From contig NW_021833815.1 of NCBI RefSeq assembly GCF_006345805.1, positions 10,778 through 74,777 of the forward strand: DNA of 64,000 nucleotides. Reading direction: 5' to 3'. The position numbers and the translations under genes are program-made. The notes under the pieces were generated by a model. It saw nothing but the letters and a program-made list of their open reading frames with translations, made no database searches and had not been told where the DNA came from. Below, piece after piece: positions 54,906-64,000 of this stretch (the stretch's first letter is position 1; each line of letters opens with the position of its first letter). Origin of the DNA: Octopus sinensis. Taxonomy: Eukaryota.

Positions 54906-56735
54906 ACTACCTTTGTGGGGCTTTGAAAATTCAATAAACGAACAATGCAAATAAGCGACATAAATTACAGTAATATTACTAATTCCACGCATCAAAACAC
55001 AATAATATATATATATATATATAGTAAAATATAAAGGTCGCATGGGAGCCACTGATTTAGTGATTAAGTGACTGTTTGGGGGGGGGGGGCTTACTGGAAG
55101 TCATGCCTTTGTACGAATTCTGACAGTGGCGTTTGCCAGTGTTCGCCAATAGTGCTGTGTGTGAAACACGTTTCCCACCATGTAAACAACGAGTGTATAA
55201 CGCATGTGTTCATTGTGCTTGCAGATCCTATGCATACATTTTAGTAATGGTGATGGCGCACCCATCGACAAATGTGTAGTCGCTCGCAATTAGATGGTGT
55301 TTTATTATAAGCACCGAGCATTCCATTATAAGCACCAAGCATTCCACCTTTAGAGCCCACTAAAATAATTTTGAAAGAGTTTAATTCATCAAATTATGTC
55401 ATCTACCATTTACCGCTAGGTGTTTGTTTTCTTTCTTCAACCACCAGTAAAATGGGCCGGTCTGCATCGGAAGAAGTTAACTATAAAAGTTCACAAATAG
55501 AAAAATAATAACAAAAAAGGTGAATTGATTTATCATGCAGAGTAAAATATCTAACATTTCGAACAATAGTTCTTCATCAGACCCGACTGAACACAGAAAT
55601 TATTATTGCGGCCACACAAAACAAAACAAAAAAATAATCTAAAAGAGATAATAAAAAAAATATCGCAGAGTGGTAGAAATGGAAGGGATAGAGTGAAGTA
55701 GTGTGGGAGGGGAGTGATGCTGGAGGAAGTAAAAGGAATGAAGAATTGGTAAAGGTTTGTAACCTAAGAGAGTCAGTTGAAATAAGCGCGGGAAGATAAG
55801 GGTGAGCTCGTGTCAATTAAGTGTGGAGTCTAGTGATTCAAAGTCTTGTCGAAAGAATATTTCTAAAGAATCTTACAATAGACTTCATAATTCAGTGATA
55901 AGATGACAAATTTTATTTCAGACATTTTGGGAGAACCACAACAAAATGTTTCGAGCAATTATTAGCAAAATTCTTTCACAGAATCAGAAAAGATATATTT
56001 GTAACGAAATGCTTTGAAACTTGGTAAATACTCATTCAGTTTAACCACCACGTATTTCATGTTCTCTGACACTCGCCATACATATATATGATCAGGGTTA
56101 TGTGTCTAGAAATCGTGTGAGTGTGTGTGTATGTGTGTACATTAACACCAAACTCGTGCTGTTTATACCATTAATGATATCGTCAGATATCATGTTATCA
56201 CCTATTTATTCTATCCCCCCACTGTGCTGCTATGTGATATCACACATGCCACCATGGTGGTTTGTTGCATATCACAATCTTGGCAACATAAATATTTATA
56301 AAACATATTTGTGCGTCTGTATACACACACACACGCACAAACACACACACATACATACATTCATACATTCTTACATGTGTTAATATACATATATATATAT
56401 GAATTCGGTGGTGTGAAATATTTAGCGTATATCTGTAAAATGTGATATTAATTTTCTGCTAGAAACACACACACACGCGCATATGTGTGTGTGTGTGTGT
56501 GTGGATGCATAATGCATCTATGTATGTATGTGTGTGTGTGTGTGTGTGTGGAAGCTTACATCTACACCCACACACACTCATACGTACACACACATGTATA
56601 TACCCCGTATGATTCTACTTTTATGTTCAATTAGTGGTATCTGAGAGAGATGTCAGAGCAAGGACATGGTGTTAATATTTCGAATATATCAATGTATGTG
56701 TGTGTGTGTGTGTGTGTATGTGTGTGTGTGTGTGT

Positions 56736-56772
<37 letters not shown>

Positions 56773-57062
56773 GTCTGCTGTTGTAGCCGGGTGTCATAAT
56801 CATTAAAGATGACTGACAACATTGAATAATTAAATATTACATCAAAATCAATGACGTGTAGTAGTAGTAGTAGTAGTAGTAGTGTAGTAGTAGTTAGTAG
56901 TAGTGTAAAGTGTATCGGAAACTTCATCCCATTCGCTGCCGTATGAAACTTTATTCTAAATCTACACACGCGCGCGCGCGCACACTGAAACGCACACATA
57001 TGAATAGGAAACTCGAAGTAATGCTTGCAATAAAATGTATTTTTCAGTCTATGTTTTAACAC

Positions 57063-57273
57063 TGGTTTCAAATTTTGACACAAGGCCAGCAATTTCGAGA
57101 GGAGGGACTAAGTTAATTATATCGCCCCCCCCCCCGTACTCAGCTGGTACTTATTTTATCGACACTGAATGGATGAAAGGTAAAGTGAACAGCGACAGAA
57201 TTCGAACTCAGAACGTAAAGACGGACAAAATGCAGCTAGCGTTTTGTCCGGCATGCTAACGATTCGGCCAGCT
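57063..57273 (-). mobile_element. Family A SINE
   Basis: Same body and tail motifs as 23463-23670. Confidence 0.85.
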
Positions 57274-57455
57274 GACTCTGCCCTGCTCTATATTTCAATA
57301 TTGAGTACTTTTTAGGGCCTTTCTTCTTCTCGTTTACATAGCTGTATATGTGTGTGGGGAGGGGGTATCTGTGCACATATATTTACATACATAAATATAT
57401 GCAGAGAGACAGGTATGCAGATGCACATGCATGCGTGTGGATGCGGGTCTATGCG

Positions 57456-57488
<33 letters not shown>

Positions 57489-57920
57489 ATATACATATAT
57501 ATACACACAAACTTACAATACATATCTCTCTAGAGATACATATGAACGGTGTGTGTGTGTGTGCGTTTCTCAGTGGTATTTGTATCCAAATCGGACTCTA
57601 TACTCTACGTAGTGTATGTATTATATGTAGCCCTATTGTATACATACGTGTTTGCATATAATATATACATGCGATATGTATCTATGTATATGTGTGTGTG
57701 TGTGTGTGTGTGGTGTGTTTATGTATATATATATGTGTGTGTGTGTGTGTTATATATATATGTGTGCGTGTGTATGTATATATATATGTGTGCGTGTGTG
57801 TATGTATGCATATATATATATGTGTGCGTGTGTGTATGTATGCATATACAGTGAGAAATGAAGAGTTGTTGATGCAATCGTGTAGAGATATTATATACAC
57901 AAAACCTACGACAAAGGCAG

Positions 57921-57956
<36 letters not shown>

Positions 57957-58560
57957 ATATTTGTGTCTCTGTGTGTGTGTGTGTGTGTGTGTGTGTTGTG
58001 TGTGTGTGTGTGTGTGTATGCGTGCGTATGTCTGTATGTATATAATGAAATGCAAAGAGAGAGACCAGAAGAAGAGCTGCTAGCTTGTCAGTTGTATCCT
58101 CCCCTGGAGATGATAAAGAAATCAAAGCTCTCTACTTAGTTCTGTCAACAGAAGGTGCCAATGAAATAACAGTTATCTTCGTTGTTTACTCTCTCATAAA
58201 GCCATGTATTACCATTTCTATCTGTTTCACAGCTCATCTCCACTTAGCAGCTTGTTTAACAATATCAAGTAATTTGATCTGCCGCCCCCGCCCCCGCCCC
58301 CCCCCCTTCTTCTGTCTCTTCTTCTTATCTTCTTCTTCTTCTTCTTCTTCTTCTTCTTCTTCTTCTTCTTCTTCTCTTCTTCTTCTCTTCTTCTTCTTCT
58401 TCTTCCTCTTCCTCCTCCTCCACCTTTTCTTCTTCTTCTTCAACAAACAAACTATGCTAAATCACAGCCGACGTATTCCTCCAGCATTATTGAATTAGCC
58501 ACATACAATGATGGAAATATCACTGCCTTTCAATTTATTTGCCATTACATACATACATAC

Positions 58561-58626
<66 letters not shown>

Positions 58627-58680
58627 TCCTCTTTAGCGAAGGCGGAGGTATTGTTTCAGTCATGTTTGTAATTATTATTA

Positions 58681-58756
<76 letters not shown>

Positions 58757-58968
58757 GGCTGCGAGCTGACAGAATGGTTAGCACGCCGGGTGGAAAGCCT
58801 ACCGATATTTCGTCCGTCTTTATGTTCTGAGTTCAAATTTCGCCGAGGTCGACTTTGCTTTTCATCCTTTCGGGGTTGATAAATTAAATACCAGTTGCGT
58901 GCTGGAGTCGATTTAATCGACTGCTCCCCTCCCACCAAATTTCAATCCTTGTGCCTATGATAGAAAGG

Positions 58969-58970
<2 letters not shown>
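58757..58970 (+). mobile_element. Family A SINE (monomer) embedded in (TTA)n
   Basis: GGCTGCGAGCTGACAGAATGGTTAGCACGCCGGG..GAGTTCAAATTTCGCCGAGGTCGACTTTGC..CCTTGTGCCTATGATAGAAAGG. Further partial family A copies are near 1040, 10260, 14210, 17440, 24200, 24610, 24720, 27195, 36330, 37830, 38010, 40325 and 60070. Confidence 0.88.
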
Positions 58971-59000
<30 letters not shown>

Positions 59001-59001
<1 letters not shown>

Positions 59002-59530
59002 GAGTGAGAGAGCAGACACTGGGGTAAAATATACGAAGCCCAGTGCACCCATCATGACTACCCGTTTGATAAGGGTACACCAGGCACATGCATCACAACC
59101 ATATGTGTACAACATGGTGATCTCATATCAATATTAACAGCGCATGGCCTTGCAGGTGGGGCCCAGTTAGAATTTTCATCAAGTCGAGCAGTCTATACCG
59201 CTCAAAAGATCCCTAAATAAAGGCTGTTTAAGGATGTTGAACGAAACACCCATCTTTCCAGAGGGGAATTATTCAAATCCCAAAGAATCCCTCTCAACAT
59301 ATGGCTATGATACTCCCCCATTACTTCTGATCAGAGATGCACATATCGTCAGCCACTAAAGGACATGCTCAACTGGTTAAGGTCAAACAACTGACAAGCA
59401 AATCTGTGGTATTGAGCAGAATATTTACAGTAGCCCATCTTTTATACCAAGACAAAACAGTGTAAATAACACTTCCAATCAGTTAAGATGAGAAGCCATG
59501 AAAGTCACTGTTTTAAATGAATGGAAGTGT
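59001..59530 (-). mobile_element. Putative microsatellite-targeting retroposon fragment between (TTA)n tracts
   Basis: About 500 bp of GC-richer complex sequence with a sharp junction to (TTA)n (minus strand ends CTCTCTCACTC-AATAATAAT). It has no ORF and is single-copy in this window, so the family is unassigned. Confidence 0.4.
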
Positions 59531-59554
59531 TATCATGTACATTGTTTTGTTCTG

Positions 59555-59611
<57 letters not shown>

Positions 59612-59645
59612 ATTATTATTATTATTATCATCATCATCATCATCA

Positions 59646-59685
<40 letters not shown>

Positions 59686-59696
59686 CATCATCATCA

Positions 59697-59771
<75 letters not shown>

Positions 59772-61053
59772 ATTATTATTATCATCATCATCACTATTAT
59801 TATATTACTTTCAAATAAACTTTACCTCCCCTCTCCACTCTCCACCTCCTCCAGATAACTTCACCAGAACAAGGAGGTTTTGTTTTTTAATGAACCCATT
59901 CATTCATTGCTCTGCAGCCCATTAGACTGACCCCATCAGCTGCCATATTCTAATCTGTCTTTCGACAGGTGTTTTTGTCTTAACAATATCAAAGACAAAG
60001 GACTCGATGAATGATACTACATCACTCATACAACCACGTAGATGATTCTGAGAAGCAAGAATCGACCGAAGTATTTCATTGGTTTTTATTTATCGACCTA
60101 AAGAGGATAAGGTTAGCCCAGGAAGGATTCGAGCTCATAACACAATACACCTAAAGAAATACCACGATTTTGGCATCTAATTCTTCTATATTATTATTGT
60201 TTAACTCTAGGTTAGCTCAGATAAATTAGACCTACTATCAAAGCCACTCCTATTCTGACCATCACATCTTTTTTCTATCCTCTTAGGACTACATTTCCCT
60301 GAGTGTCATACTTCCTGAGACGGTAGGGTGGGATTCGAAAGAGATTTGCCTGCTATTTCTAGCATGTTTGATAAGCGTATAGGCTCCCATTTTGGTTCGT
60401 GGCTAAATGATGACATGGGTTAGACTGGTGTGCAAATTCACGATTTTATCCTATGTTAATTACTTACCTGTGATATACCAACAGAAGTTACTATCAACAG
60501 TCTTCAGCATTTCCCTATAGTACGACACCAAATACACGGTGCCAAGTAAGCATCTCTTTGTTCTTCGTTCAACAGATATCGATTATAGAATGGTTCCTTG
60601 TGAAATCTATCAGACATCATCTTTTGTTAATGTTTCTATTGTACACACCACTTCGTGATTCTACTCTAAACAAACTACCAAAATTGGAGAAATTATTTTA
60701 GTATTTCAAGTTACACATTGTATTGCAACATCTACTAAATTGTAAGCGTCTGTGTTTGAACACTTCACTAAAATCGACATCACACAAACACCTCAGAGAT
60801 TTCTGTAAATATTCCTCAAACATCTTCTTAAAGTCTCCAGATCTCCAACTATATTCTCTGAAGTTACTTTTAGTATTGAGACCTAAGATACTCCGAGTAC
60901 ACACCCTCAAAACAACAGGAGTCAAATTTTAAACTTTTCAAGATAGTGTTGGTTAAACGGTTTTATTTTATTTTAAAAGTTATACAGAACCCTTTTGTAT
61001 GTGTGTGTGTATAAAACATATTTGTGATATTATATACTACATATAGATATATA

Positions 61054-61106
<53 letters not shown>

Positions 61107-61132
61107 TACATATATATATACATATATATATA

Positions 61133-61205
<73 letters not shown>

Positions 61206-63269
61206 TATATATTCACACTCACACACACATATACACACACACAACATACACACACACACACACATATGTATCTATGTATGTATACCACAACATCCTAAGC
61301 ATACAGCCATGCCTGCTTACCCGATATCTATGTCGGCTCCTTTGAGTTCAATTCTTCGAAAGCTATCATTCAGATTCTTGCATCGGCCACGAACATCAAA
61401 GGAATCCTCACACCGAATCTCTGGTAGAAAACTGATCAGTATCGATCATGTCTTGGCAGTATTGATTACCATTTATAAAAACAAAAATTAGTTTGTTGTT
61501 AAAAGTTAATGAAAACTAATTTGAATAGTTTTAATAAACAGTGAGCGTCCAGTTGTTTTTTATTGTTTATTCTTAAAATAGTGAAACAATGACGTAAGGA
61601 GAGATGTTAGCGATGTGGAATGGTAACCACGTGGGTCTGGGTTCGATCCCACTGCAGGACACTTTAGACAAGTTTCTTCGAATTTAGGTTTACATGGACT
61701 AAATTCTAGAGAAAAGAATTTGGTAGATGGGGACTGTGTAGAAGCTCGTTGATTCAATACAACACTGAGGATGTGACAGGGGGGGGAGGGGTCTGTACCA
61801 TCACACAGTTGGTACTCTTGAGGGAGTTGGCTGCCCAGCCGAGGAATCGAACCCACAACCTTCTGATCGTAATTCCATCCTTCCAAACCACTTGACCCCG
61901 CATCTTCACACTGAGCACCTATACATGTAACTAAGCGATACTGTCTTTCTCAAGACATTATTTTGCATAACCAGACATAACCAAGCAATATTTTCTTATT
62001 CAATATGAGCGAGATGACATAACTCGATTCCCTCCACCTTCCTCTCTCTCTCTCTCTCCCTCTCTCTCTCCCTCTCTCTCCATTACCTTCTTCTCCCTTT
62101 TCTTTTCTTTCTCTCCTCTCTCTTCTTTTCTCCCTCTCTCTCTCTCCCCCTTCTCTCTCTCTCTCTCTCTCTCTCTCTTCATCGTTTGCTTCCATCTCGC
62201 CGGCGACATGTTAAAGCAATAATTCTACTTATTTATTTCTTTATTTTCTCACTAAATTGAAACTTCAAATGGGAATTTCTAAAAATTGATTCCATGTTCC
62301 ATTATTCATGTCTTTGAACAATATGATTCCACCTCACTGGTTTTAATCATTCATTCCTGTTGCGAGGTTTTATTAAATAACACCTGATATTTCTACAGAT
62401 CTATCATCCCAGATAACAGGAACAGTAATTAAAAACAACAACAATTTTACTAATTAAATTAAGAATTTTAATTCAGTAATATATGCAAATAAACCTCAGT
62501 GATCCTGAACATCAACGTTAAACACTAAAGCATTCATTGGTGGTGGTCATGATAGGTAAATAGTAGTTTAGATGATGATGATGATGATGATGATGAGGAT
62601 GATGATGATGATGAGAAGGAGGAGGAGGAGAAGGAGGATGGTGGGGAAAGATGTTGATGATAATACTTATACTTCTACCAATGAAACAGACACACTGCTG
62701 CTGCTGCTGCTGCTTCCACCAATTATTTCACATTTCACATAATTAATCAAAATGAAAGAGCAGAAGATCAATATCCTGTAATTGATTATTTTACAAGAAT
62801 TCAGTTGAAATGAAGCTACTGTGTCTGTGTTCCGGGTAGGACCTCCAGCATTGGTCAGTTATGGTCAGTGTCCTTAACAAGACCTCCATAACTGGTTAGT
62901 GATGGCCTATGACCTCATCAGATCAATTGGGTGATGTTTATCTTCAACAGTTGTGATATGAATGGTGTGTGGTTCTGGGGGAAAAAAACAGCCTGGGTAA
63001 AAAGGATTGGCAGCAGTGATTAGCATGATGTAGAATAGAGTAAACAGAATGTGTGGTGCGAGGAAGAAAAACAATTCTATCAAGTGAAGTTATAGGAGAG
63101 TGGGTGTGTTGGCTGCAATCTTTGAGGAGCAGAGGCCATTACAGGTGGGGGTAGAAAAGGAGGGGCATATTCAGAAATACTACAATAAAATAATTATTTT
63201 TTTAATATCACAGTATGTAAAACATTATTATCATTATTATCATCATCATCATCATCATCATCATTATTA

Positions 63270-63304
<35 letters not shown>

Positions 63305-63534
63305 TTATAGATAGAATTATGTTTTCATATGTAATTTGCAAAATATCCCTATGTAAATTTGAGTGTTGAATATTAGCACAATGACTCTCTAGACTCAACA
63401 AAATGGATAAAATTCTTTAAACCTAAATCTTATCAAAAATCAATGTGTACACACACACACATATAGATGTATCCATCCAGTTGTTTGAAGTAAAAATTAG
63501 ACATTTACCAAAGTAGCCTGATCCAGTTAAAGAT

Positions 63535-63713
63535 CTGCTCTGCCAAAATGGTTGCTGCTCTGCACCATTGAATCCATCATTGGATTGACTGTGGTTTAAC
63601 ATCTTTACAAATCCCTACAAACTTCCATGTTGTCTGTGTAAAGATATCCTACCACAAATGTAAAATCATGTTTCATACAGCCGGACACAGAACAGCAACC
63701 ATTTAGCAGGCAG
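63535..63713 (-). ncRNA. Candidate structured RNA (long imperfect hairpin)
   Basis: Nested inverted repeats: 63535-63566 with 63682-63713, and 63590-63609 with 63637-63656. Mismatches within the helices are G-U on the minus strand. Confidence 0.45.
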
Positions 63714-64000
63714 GCAGTTCTTGAACGGCAGGGGTTTATCTTTGGCAATCTTCAAAGATCTTTTAGTAACAAGTTTCTTTTAAATCCAAACAAATAAGAT
63801 TTCACTGAGAGACAGATTTTTGAATGGAAGAAGCATTGATTCACAAAACATAGGAATAAAACATGATGCAAACATGTATATAAAAATAATATAAATATAA
63901 ATAAAACAGATTCGTTGTTTTTACTGCTTTCAGTCATTGGACTGTGACCATGCTGGGGCAGCACCTTCAACACACACGCACACACGCACACATGCACACA

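Overview
AT-rich, extremely microsatellite-dense eukaryotic (metazoan) genomic DNA. The repeat landscape ((TA)n, (CA)n, (GATA)n, (ATT)n, (TATG)n plus several high-copy tRNA-derived SINE families) looks like a coleoid cephalopod, probably Octopus; this is an inference, not a database result. I find no recognisable host protein-coding exon, so the window is probably a giant intron or gene desert, and almost all ORF-track entries are translated microsatellites. Supportable content: a full-length but decayed Tc1/mariner element with DD36E spacing (31184-32459); 3' fragments of three LINE clades (R4/Dong, L1/Tx1, CR1-group); a non-autonomous Helitron in a (GATA)n tract; Penelope-like LTR fragments, one with an intact minimal hammerhead ribozyme; hAT-type and other MITE/foldback elements; and more than 40 SINE copies or fragments from at least four families, including a TSD-bounded dimeric SINE. 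The most unusual non-TE signal is a ~180-nt long imperfect hairpin at 63.5-63.7 kb whose mismatches all become G-U pairs on the minus strand.
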